DNA from: Raillietiella orientalis
Lineage: Eukaryota
Assembly: GCA_036172245.1 (NCBI GenBank)
Contig: JAYWIR010000007.1
Span: forward strand, 1,860,001-1,924,000
Direction: 5' to 3'
DNA length: 64,000 bases
Part shown: in pieces, positions 1-10,200 of the stretch
Layout: the number at the start of each line of letters is the position of its first letter
Numbering within the stretch: the stretch's first letter is position 1
Translations under genes and position numbers: made by a program
The notes under the pieces: model-generated
What the model was told of the DNA's origin: nothing
Database searches by the model: none
Seen by the model: only the letters and a program-made list of their open reading frames with translations

Positions 1-545
1 CTGCAACCCCGCGAACGGTAGCGCCTGCCTACAGGAAACCGCCCGCACGTGGGGGAGGAGCCAGGAACAAGGCACGGAATAGGTGCGCCGGTTCCTGTTC
101 GTGCACAACAACCGTTCCACGCTCCGATGTATCCTGAAGTATCCCGGAAAAAATGCATGGGCAGGAAGAACTCCCCTCGCCGCAGCGCTGCCCTCCTTCA
201 GGGAACAACTGAGCAGCTTCATGGCTGCGAAATATGAAGTTGAGGTGAACATCTCAGGAAGTGAAAAAGGACTGGACGAGTGGAAGACGGGCCAGCTCAC
301 CGACGCTGTGACCGCGAGTACACCACCTTACGGACTCCTGCGCTGGTGCGAGCCGCTGGATGTTCCGGTGGAACACCATCTTCCGGTGGCCCCGGTACTT
401 ATGGACAACCGCACCCTCCCCATGAAGTGACAGAAGTCGGCGCTGCTGCATTGGGGTCTCCCATAGAACTCCCGCCGTCACCACTGGATGCGTGTGTGTG
501 TAGACCCCAACTGTGTGAGGTGCGGGGAACAGGAATCCCTCCTCC
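1..545 (+). mobile_element. Degenerate LINE (L1/Tx1-like) ORF2 C-terminal fragment with Cys-rich (zf-RVT-like) region
   Basis: Reading on past the stops after ORF 83..430 gives ...ALLHWGLP*NSRRHHWMRVCVDPNCVRCGEQES. This resembles the LH..LP....RL....CxxCGExE motif at the end of L1/Tx1 ORF2, and clear LINE fragments lie alongside. Confidence 0.5.
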
Positions 546-806
546 TACCTGCTAGTGAATTGTGTTGTTGCCCTTCGGCCCCTTTGTGGACGCTTTGCTG
601 CAACCTTAGGATCCCCCGGTGGCAACTCCAGGGACGTTTGAAAACCCCTCTTCTTTCGCGACACCCTTCGGCCAGCAGCCTCCCTTGCAGCCTTGTGTTC
701 CCTACACGGTATCGTCGCAGACTGGAGCAAAGCGACGGGAGAACCCAGCGATAGGGATCCCTATCGCTAGGTTGCCATCCATTTCACCATCCAATTCATT
801 AGAATA

Positions 807-990
807 ACGACGCGATGGTCCCACCTGGAAATGAACATTCAGTTAGACCTTGCCGGCATCCTGGAGAGGATGGACCGGACTGCCACCAGCAGACAGTGAT
901 CCCTTCCCGAAGCCCTCCATAGTGCATTTATTTTTATTTTTTGTTTTCTTTTTTTTTTCTTTTTGTTTTCCCCCTCCCCTCCGCTGTCGT
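807..990 (+). mobile_element. LINE ORF2 terminus plus start of 3' UTR (plus-strand copy)
   Basis: TTRWSHLEMNIQLDLAGILERMDRTATSRQ* (TGA 897-899) aligns with the minus-strand copy ATRWRRLRILKPALVRIQNWMQRTTRGEQ*. Both continue with CAGTGATCCCTTCCC and a T-rich tract. Confidence 0.55.
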
Positions 991-991
991 T

Positions 992-1480
992 GTTTTTTAC
1001 CCAGATTTCCGAGGCATTTAATATTAAAATTTTATCAATGAATTTATAATAAAGTCTTTAAGCTTTTGTTCGTGGTTCCGCCTGTCTTGCAACACTTGTC
1101 TTTACCGGCCCGCAGGCAGGTAAGGTGTTCACCTCTGGTGAAGGGGATGGGAAAACCACAAAAAAAAATAAAATAAAATGAAGAAAGAAAAGGGGAGGGC
1201 AATGTTTTTCGGGAAGGGTGAGGAAGGGAAGGGATCACTGCTCGCCGCGGGTGGTCCTCTGCATCCAGTTTTGGATGCGGACAAGTGCTGGTTTTAGAAT
1301 TCTAAGCCGGCGCCATCGGGTAGCCTTCTCCATGGAGATGACTGCCCAGTGAATGGCATTCCGGCTGTTGTGGCCGTAGTGGACCGCGCCAGTCTGCCTA
1401 CCGGCGACCCGGCAGGTGTCTTTGAAATTGGGCGTGGTTGGACCACTAGTCCAACCACAATTTTCTCTGTAATGAGTTTG
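992..1480 (-). mobile_element. LINE ORF2 terminus plus full 3' UTR and A-rich tail (minus-strand copy)
   Basis: The ORF ends ...QRTTRGEQ* at 1235. The 3' UTR is similar to 1550-1780 and ends ATTAAATGCCTCGGAAATCTGGGTAAAAAAC. Confidence 0.55.
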
Positions 1481-1549
1481 TTTTAAAAATAAATGCCCCA
1501 GCGCACTCGAGAGGAAATAGAGCCTTGCTTCCGGGGTGGACATAGGCAG

Positions 1550-3657
1550 CAGAAGTTTCTCACCCGGATAGGCCGGGGCATTTATTATTGAAATTTTTAT
1601 ACAAAAATTTTATAAGTCTTGAATAAGTTTTGTATCGTGGTAGAACACTTGGCTCTACCACGCTCGGTAGACTTGTCATGAACCGGTATTAAGACCGGTG
1701 AGGTCCTCTCCAGGGGCGAAGGGGAAGAGAGAAACAAAACAAAAAAACCAAAAGAATTGAAAAGGGGAGGGGAATGTAGGAGGAGAAGTAGATCATCTGC
1801 GTAAGCTGCCACGGACGGCGTACACAGAGAGAGGTTGGGCAGGTTGATCAGTGTCTGCCTGTACGCTCTCAACACTAACTCGAATTAGATGCTGGAGTGC
1901 AGAGGGCTTAAGCTGTTTGCCCTTCCTGATGCCTCTGCGTAGAGCCACACCGTACACGTGGCAGTCGCTGAAACAAAAGTCGACTAACGCGTGGCGCCAG
2001 CAAGAGCGCAAGTACAGAAGGAGTTAGGTCGGAAGTCCGAGGCGTTGCAGGAGCTCCTTGAGGAGTACCCGGATGATGCAGTCGAATGCTTTGTGAAGAT
2101 CAACCGCGACCGCCGAGGCTCCCGGCCTTTCTCCAGTGTCGGCACTGGCGCTTGCAGTCGGTAGGAGCTCTCGTTGCTGCACCACTGTCTGTCGCAACGC
2201 GTTCCTGAAGCTGAAACCAAATGCTCAGGAAAAGGAGGTTCGCAACCATGGAGCGCCTGGAAACAGCGTAGGACTGCTGTGGGTTCCATTTTTTCATCTA
2301 TCATATCGAGAAAATTTTGGTACAAACCCAGATCATGCCCGCAATTCCCTAACAAATTGTGGTATTCGGCGTCCTGAATACGGAGACCGACGTGTGCATT
2401 ACCAAAATACAAGAAAACGAGGGATCAATACACTTATCCAGATCATGTCCCGTTTTGGCAAGCACAACGAGACTGCATCCAACATCAATCATAATGAGCG
2501 TCTAGAGTTTTTGGGAGATGCTGTTGTGGAATTTCTCACAACTATTCACTTGTTCTTGTTTCCATCCATTGAGGAAGGTGGATTGGCCACATATCGTGCA
2601 GCTATTGTCCAAAACCAGCATTTAGCTGTATTGGCACAAAAACTGAATCCGGAAAAATATTTGTTGTATGCTCATGGCTCTGAGTTATGCCATGAGGTAA
2701 AGCTGCGACATGCAATGGCCAACTGTTTTGAAGCATTAATTGGTGCTTTGCTTCTAGGTGCTGGGCTGGAGAAGACAAATGAGATCTTCTCTAAGGCCCT
2801 ATTTGCTGATCAGCCAGAGTTGTTGGAGATTTGACTAGGTTTGCCTCTTCATCCTTTACAAGAACAAGAACAAGAATGCTATCGGCACTGGATAGATAAA
2901 GTTCCTTTCTTGGAAAAGTTCACTCAGTTCGAAAAAGAAATAGGCATCGGATTCCATCACATTAGGATGTTAGCAAGAGCCTTCACAGACCGGAGTGTTG
3001 GTTACAATGATTTAACCATGGGCTCCAATCAGCGACTTGAGTTTCTGGGAGATACAGTTTTACAGCTCATCACTCTTCCTAGGCGCTCTATTCAAAGCTT
3101 GGAAAACATCTTGACGTCTGTATTCACTAAGGTGATCGGACTCTAGTTGTTAAGCAGGAGCAAATCTTCGCCTTTCGGCAGGAGACGCTCCTTAGCTGAG
3201 TGGGAGGAGGCAGGGAACTCCCTGATCAGCGACGAGATGCTCAGCACTAGTGGGGCGAGTTCCACCGTGAAGCTCTGAAATAACTCCGCGGGCAGCCCGT
3301 CCTCACCTGGTGCCTTTCGTCTCTCTCCGCGATGGCGGAAAAAACTTCCTCGAACGTGCAGAGCTGGTCGAGACGTGAGCGCCCCTTCTCGCTGATCTCG
3401 TGAGCACCCACCGGCAGAAGTAGCTCCTAGAGAGCTCTCTCCGTCGGGGCCCATGAGTACAGCGAGGAGTAGAATCGTCTTACAGCTCGTCGTACGTCGG
3501 CTGGGTGTTCATCGGAGATATTGTGAATTTCCTGCAGGAGTGCCAAGTCGAAACGGCACAGAGAGTTCGCCAGACTGCACATGTTCTTACCCTTGCTCAG
3601 CCCGTTGACATTTCAACAGGCTACGCTTAAGCGACGAGATGAAACGACTCCCCGCAT
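1550..3657 (-). mobile_element. Internally deleted, inactive L1/Tx1-like LINE (APE endonuclease N-terminus, RT core, 3' UTR), interrupted by a Drosha fragment
   Basis: Minus-strand motifs in canonical order: MRGVVSSRRLSVAC*NVNGL...DLALLQEIH (APE start, ATG 3655-3657); RRFYSSLYS; KAPGEDGLPAELF; LLPKGED..NN*SPITLVNTDVKMFSK..RL; PQQSYAVSRRSMVANL; VDLHKAFD; RRGIRKG; AYADDLLLL (~1785-1805); then the 3' UTR. Multiple stops and frameshifts. Confidence 0.9.
2295..3074 (+). pseudogene. drosha: Drosha (RNase III) gene fragment covering RNase IIIa and the start of RNase IIIb; intronless and disabled
   Basis: HLSYRENFGTNPDHARNSLTNCGIRRPEYGDR...NERLEFLGDAVVEF...EEGGLATYRAAIVQNQHL...LRHAMANCFEALIGA...ARAFTDRS..GSNQRLEFLGDTVLQLI is recognisably arthropod Drosha. 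It has an in-frame TGA at 2832-2834 in place of a Trp, an apparent one-codon deletion (HLF-LFP), and truncation at both ends. Confidence 0.95.
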
Positions 3658-3689
3658 TATAACTGGAAAGACGATGGCGGGTTCCTCGA

Positions 3690-4410
3690 CCCGTCCGGCG
3701 AGTTGGACAGGACTAAAGGTGAACAGGGTGAAGTCGTCCGTGATGCCAGTCGATGCGGCGTCGGCAGAGCATCTGGACTGGATCCGCTTGCAGACACCCA
3801 CGGTTCGGTACTTCAATTACATCGAAGTGCCGTTGGGGGACTATCTTCCGGCGGAGGCGTGGTCCAACTGCCTCCAGAAGGCAGAGTCGGCGATCGGTCC
3901 GTTCCAAGGAGGCAGGTTTTGCCTACCGGAACGGGTTGTGATGTGGAACACGTTCGCGGTCCCCCTCCTCCGTCCCCTGCTTTTTGTTTGCTTCCTGCCT
4001 GAGGGGATCAAGAAGCAGACGAAGAACGACCTAAGAATCGCCCTTTGGAGCAAAGGGAGGTCCCGAGTCCGTATGAAGGACTGGGACGCTCCGCGCTGGG
4101 ACGCCGGTCTCGGCCCCCTGATGCTTGAGCGGCTGGAGCTTCAGCCCCAGTAAAGGGCAGGAAGTAGCGAAGTTTTGGGGCACCACCTGGTGCGACCCTG
4201 CTCGCCTCCTCGTCGAACAGGTCACCGAGAAGGCGTAACTCGCCTCCTTCCTTGCGCTCCGTGGCCGCAACATCTGCCACTGCGGATTGCAGCTTCGGCG
4301 GGGGACCGCGCTGAGGAGGAGGAACATGGGATGGGTCTTCTGCGGTCCCGCGAACGGTGGTGCCAAGCAAGAAGCAACGCACAGAACAGGTTCGCTGCTT
4401 TCTATGGCGA
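3690..4410 (+). mobile_element. LINE ORF2 fragment (post-YADD thumb region), L1/Tx1-like
   Basis: TGLKVNRVKS...YFNYIEVPLG...ERVVMWNTFAVP...ALWSKGRSRV...APRWDAGLG matches the GLK.N..KS / YLGVPL / GGLG motifs that follow the RT core. Confidence 0.85.
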
Positions 4411-4559
4411 ATGATGAATTATTGCCGATACATAAGCAGTTACAAATAGCTGATTAAAATTAGTTACATCAAAATTGATGCTTTGTTTAAGCAAATTGTG
4501 AATAAGACTGGAGGTGGGAAAATACAGAAACGAATAACCACATTAAGGAAACCTTGAAA

Positions 4560-5402
4560 TATAGTTTCTCCATAAAGGTACAATAATGGATCGATGGATG
4601 GGATATGTAATCGATTAGCAAGACTCATTTAAGGATTCGAATCACTTCTGAGGAAAATTTGATTATATAGAGATCTGCGATGTATTAAACAATCAACCAA
4701 GCACTAAGTTGCAACGGAAAGAAATTTTGAGATTTAATGGTCATGGAGGATTTTCAAATTTTTTAATGGAGGGAAATAAGACAGTGATCAAAGATTGCAT
4801 GTCAGCTGTTGGGTTATGTATGATCATCTTCCAAATGATTCTAGAAATCAAGAATTCTCCCAATAGGAATGTCGTACCACTAATGCAAACGATTTATTAC
4901 CTCAATTTCAAAAATAAGGTGCATGCAACACTTTTGAGCCACTACCACCAAAGTCAGAATGTCACCTCGCCTCGATAAGATGCAGATACCTAACTTCGTT
5001 TCCCAACTTTGAAAATAGTGCAGGAAGTCTTACGCTAAGTGGCTATATTCCTCTTATACATTACTATGAACGGTTGCAGCGTCATCAAACGTTCTACCTC
5101 TCGGCTTTATTGTACTCTTCGAGAATCGACAAGATCTGCATCAAGCGAACATTGTATACGAAGAAATCACAGGAAGGACTTTTTCAACCAAAAATTAACT
5201 AGGCAAAAGTGCGAGATGGGAAGCAGTTATGGCTCAAGTGTTTACAACTCGCAAGCATCTTTCGACCTGCATTTCTAGAAATTCCTTACCGACTCCGCCT
5301 CGCACCTTGTGATTGGAAACCAGGAAAATGGGAACGAATTTGGCATACCTCAAGCACTTGCAGAGGTGCTTGAGTAGGAATTAACACAGGCACATTCTTA
5401 AG
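4560..5402 (+). mobile_element. Possible highly decayed Tc1-like transposase relic
   Basis: Weak collinear echoes of Tc1 motifs: GHGGFS...DCMSAVG (cf. HGGGS..VWGC.SA.G), NVVP, and GIPQALAEVL (cf. SMP.RL..VI). Many stops. Confidence 0.25.
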
Positions 5403-5479
5403 TTGATTCTCCGTTCATCAGCAATTTCTCAGATGATGAAACGTCGATTGCGTTACTTAGCAACAACCGTTTTGTTCTC

Positions 5480-5850
5480 AACTGAAGCGGAAGGGATTTC
5501 CATTTTCGAATCTTTCCATTGTCTATGGGCAGCAATCAGCAATCTCGGAAACACTCTCCTCACTGCAAAACGAGACATACTCGAGCGTGCAGCACCGAAT
5601 GCATTCTTTAAACATCATGAGAATCATGGTAACACTGTTACGATTTTTCGCGTACAGGTACATATACCTCTCATCACTAACCATCATTCGTACATTCGGA
5701 AGGATGACACATGTCTCCTTTTGCATGAGCCTGTCTATACGCTAGCTGCAGCAATGACAAATCGCTCGAAGGGGGTTGCGATGCGTCTCCAACCTTCTCA
5801 CCACACGCTGGTGCACTGTCTCCACGGTTGCAGCTGCTACTGAAAAAAGT
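5480..5850 (-). mobile_element. Possible decayed Tc1-like transposase N-terminal (HTH) relic
   Basis: Minus strand SDERYMYLYAKNRNSVT and, after a frameshift, SMSRFAVRRV resemble Tc1 'EDR.I...A.RNR..T' and 'VS..TVRRRL'. Confidence 0.3.
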
Positions 5851-6149
5851 CTTAGAGATCTCTTGAAACATCGCACCACACACGTGCTAGAATGTTCCAC
5901 AGACACCAGAATAACGAATGAAGGTTTTGACTTTGAAAAGATGAAACACGAAAATCATTAAGTTTCGAACGTAGCTTCCTAACTAGGAAAATGTCCTTAC
6001 TTGAGAGTTTTCATGTGGAAGGTATTTTTTTTCATATTTAATTTATTTTATGTCTGCTGCACAGTTTTCACTCCCCTTAAAACAAACAAACAAACAAACA
6101 AGCAAGCAAGCAAAAAAAAAAAAAAAAAAAAAAACAGAGCAGTAATCAG

Positions 6150-6560
6150 TTTTCGATACATTCGCATGAAAATTAATTTATCTTTTGGATCGATTATGTA
6201 CTGCTGATACGAAAAATAGCATGCAAATCCGTTCCCAATGAATTTTTTGGGTAAATGGATTCGTCTCCTAGGGAACGAGTTTGTAGATGTTTCGGGATTT
6301 CCAGCAGTCGAGTACTGCTTAAGAATTTTTACCTTGCTTTGCAAAATATCCGGCAGAAATTCAGTTTTCGACTAGGGATATTTCGATGTATTTCGAATAT
6401 CGGTTTCTCTCTTCGTTTCGAAATCGTGAACGTTCTAGCATATTTAATGATACGAGCTGTTTTTTTTTTTTTTTTCCTCTTCATTTTAGTGGAAAAATGT
6501 AAAGCGATCTTGATACTTCTCGAAGATAACAGCTGATTGTTACTGTTGGAGATCAAGTAA
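6150..6560 (+). promoter_or_regulatory. Candidate distal promoter / 5' end of the ensconsin (MAP7) gene
   Basis: Local cluster of CpG/TCGA words in AT-rich DNA, immediately upstream of donor-like sites (6795 gtacgt; 7233 gtaaag) and of a CpG-poor zone. The transcription start site is inferred. Confidence 0.4.
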
Positions 6561-7204
6561 TTTGCATATTACGTTTGTGCATGAATAAAAGCATTTTACA
6601 AGCAAGTAAGTCTCGGCAAAAGTCTGGTTTTTCTTCTTCCTATGTGCATATCATCATTTACGTAGTTCTTTGTGTAATGTGTGGAATTAATTGTAGTAGG
6701 GATCCGCCCAGTCACAATTGAAAACTTGAGACTTTAATATGCAAGTGATCGGTTGAATGAAACTGCTGTTAATTAATGCCCAGAAAATCCGATGGTACGT
6801 GCTAAGAGGAGGAGGATAGTTTTTGTTTTTTGCGTTATTTCGAATTTCAAGTTTTGAAAACTGAATGGTGTCCGAGAAGTCACGATGAAAATTCGGTCAA
6901 TTTTTTTGTTCAGTAGTGTTTTCACAAAACCATTTCCTTTGCATGCCATGAAAACAATTCGTTTCTTGCTTTTCTTCCACTACTTGTTTGTGTTGCGTAT
7001 GTTATTGTATTTTAAATTAGGGAACACTTTTAGTGCTAGTAAAGGATACAGTTGTGTTTTTTTTGGTGGGTGTTATTATAAGTCATTTTGAGCATTAAGA
7101 ACAAACGACCAAATTTTTGTACCTATTTTCAGAGTATGATGATATGTAACTCACATATTTTATGAAAAGTTTTGGTCTCCTGACGTACAGAATTATCCAT
7201 TGGA

Positions 7205-7232
7205 ATGGAATCGTGTAGAGTTTCTACTTCAG
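7205..7232 (+). CDS. ens: Candidate first coding exon of ensconsin/MAP7 (MESCRVSTS; exon 7133-7232)
   Basis: Acceptor tattttcag| at 7132 and donor CAG|gtaaag at 7233. The phase-1 end matches the phase-1 start of exon 28502. Confidence 0.45.
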
Positions 7233-10200
7233 GTAAAGTTTATGATTAATCTTTGAACTTTCAGTAGAGAAATGCTCGTGGATGCATTTTGTTTTTGTTT
7301 TTTTTCTTATACATGCGTTCTACCCTTGGTGCATGTTGTGATGTGTAATGAATATACTTCCCGACTCATGAAGTCAGAGAAATTAAACACTTATAGAAAT
7401 TTATTTTTTGGTAGTTATCCACAAGCTTTGAACATTTTGTAATAGTAATCTTAAATCCTGATTTGCGGATGCTGCACTATGAATGTTACGGATTCAAGGT
7501 TGCAAAAAGAATCAGCATTGTTTCATTATTTGGTATTCTGTCTCCAAGTCCCTTTACGCTTAGTAGGGATCTGCAATTTATAATGCAAATCTGTGATAGC
7601 TGACTATTTTGCTTGCCAGTTGGCAGCAGCATTTGAGAATGTGAATCCATGGTAATGATTGATGAGAGATGATGACATAAAGTGACAGAAATAATTAGAG
7701 GAACAGCACTTTGTAACTATTGTAATGCCTGCAAAAAGACTCCTTAGATATCTGCTTATCAGAGATGTGAGTACAAAACATCTTTGTGCACTGCTACCCA
7801 TGTTCTGAATGGTAATCATGCTTACAATCACACTGCATTTTTTCCCAATTCATTGTTCATCAGGAGTGAAGTTGATGCCATTTAGGAAGGATTGCTTGAA
7901 AATGCTTTTGAAGTAATAATCCAGCAGTACAAGTTGTCATGAGCGACTTGAGATCCATAGCCAATTGCAAATTTTCTTATTTATTTATTTATCTTATTTT
8001 TGATGGAATTTTATGGAATACTTCATCCCATATTAAGATGCATTGGACTGAAGAAATGCATCAAGTTTTTTCTTTTCTTGAAACAGATTGTTTGTTCTTC
8101 TGTGAAGACAAAAGAATTGTGCAGGCTTACAGTATCTTTCTGAAAATTGTACCAACTTATTAGGCTACATTGAATTGCAGTCAGCATGTTAAAGAATATC
8201 AGGATGAAATCTTAGGTAACATTTCATGTGCTGAATTTTCACTTTTGAAGTGTCCAAGAATTCCTTACTATGGCCTCCATGCTTGCAGGGTATTACAAAG
8301 TGTGCAATTCAGGTTTCTTTAAGAATTTGTTTGGGGATGCATAGTATATAAAATACAAGCCTTAGTTATCTCAGTATGTGTGCTTCAACCCAACATAATT
8401 TATTAATGGATGCAGTATTCCAAAGGATTCTATTAGAAGAAAAAATTAGGAAAATTTTCCAGTCAATTGTAGATTCTCAAGTAGCCAATTGTAATTTATA
8501 TTGTTAGACTCCTACTTTATCCTTTTATTGAGTCAATTCATTCACTTTCTCAATCTCATCTCGAATTTCCTAATCTTTATCCAACATGTACACAAATAAC
8601 AAATTGTTTGTTAAGAGCATTATTTCCTAGTGCATTGAGTGGATGCGTTTTACATTGTCATGCATTGCATATATTTCTTTTAGTTGTTCCATATGAAATT
8701 AGTGTATTTTCTATTCCATGTTGTTTGCATATTGGGTTCCTGTTTCTTTGCATGAATTACAGATGCTGTACTTTTGTGTGCAACTGTTGTCTTTCAGATG
8801 AATATGGATATCTTTGTCAAAAACTGACAAACCCCATTGTTGTATAAAAAAAATTCTTTTCTTTTTTTTTTACATTGAGCAGCATGTCCACATAACCAGC
8901 CTTTAAGAGCATAACAGTTTGCATCAAGAGAAGATCATGCTCCTGTTGTCATTGTATTCCTACTCATGATGATGGAACAGTCGTGCTTTTTGATTTTTCA
9001 AATGCAATTGAATAGAAGCAGATATGTGTCCCATGGGCTTTATTCTGAAACTTTAAAAATCAAGAAAGATTTGGATGCTGATTGCTCAATCAGAAATCCA
9101 GAAACACATCTACATGGAGAACTCCTGCACTTGTTCACATTTTAAATAATGATTTCTCTTAGGTAAAGAATGAAGCATCAGCCACAGTAGTGTTGAACAA
9201 GCAGGGCTTTTCGAATTGTGACATGTATCCGGACTTGAAGTGCATTCCTTCAGTAGTTCATGTATAGCCTGGTTTTTTGTCAATTCATGGAAAGTGATGC
9301 ATTCTGTTACTACAAGATCATATATTATGGGGTACTACTAATACAATTTACAAACGAGGTTGTGTTTATTTGTAAATTGTAAATTCTTGTCATTTTGATG
9401 CTTTTTGCAATCTTTACAATATCTTTAGAGTGGAAGACTTTCTACTTACTTGATCACAATGAGTTTACCTAATTAAAGGTGGTGTGAGTGATGGGAATCA
9501 TCTCACTGTTTTCTCACTTTGCAAATCAGGCCTCAGTGTAAAGCTGATGGCCTTTCTTTCAGACTCAGAAAATGTTGACAAAGAATGGTGTCAAATCTTG
9601 TGTGACTCAGCAGTTTTTTCTGAAGTGCCATCAGATCTCATATTGATAAATCTCATGGTCTAAATGAATTATTTTAGTTGTGCATAGAAACTCTTGATTG
9701 GAGTAATTACTGGACGCTGTGCACTTTCTAAAGAAATTGTAGGAAAATTTTCCAGAAGAATTGACCATACGGTTTAGAAAACAATCTGCTTGTTCTCAGT
9801 ATTGTCCAGGCATGTAAGCGATCTGATTAGTTTATATGTGTATGTGTATGTGTGTGTGTGTGTGTATATATTACCAGTGTAGCTGTTTTCCAGTTCAAGA
9901 GCTTGCATCTCTCACAACGACTTTTCATAACCTTGTGACACAGCTTTGTTTCTCCAGACTTTTTCCTTTCTTGGTTTATCTTTTGGGTTTTTTTTTTTCT
10001 CATTGATTCTACAAGTTTAACCTATTTTCAGATTCAAAATATTTGCTTAAACAGTGTCAGAGCATATTAATACAGTGTAGAGATCCAAGTGGTTTCTCCA
10101 TGAATGAGTTGTCCGGTAGAGAAACTCTCATTTGTGGACAGCGTTTTTCGTATTTTGTTTTTGAAGTATCGAAGTAGTCAAATGTTCGACTTGAGTGTCC

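Noticed and set aside
2136..2834. 232-aa ORF as a functional stand-alone RNase III (mini-Drosha)
   Set aside because: The start is GTG within antisense LINE RT sequence, the stop replaces a conserved Trp, several conserved residues are altered, and RNase IIIb and the dsRBD are missing. It is best read as a pseudogene fragment.
2832..3615. Repeated Trp->stop changes suggesting G-to-A hypermutation
   Set aside because: Only three clear cases, on opposite strands. Trp codons are the easiest decay events to notice, so the pattern is not evidence.
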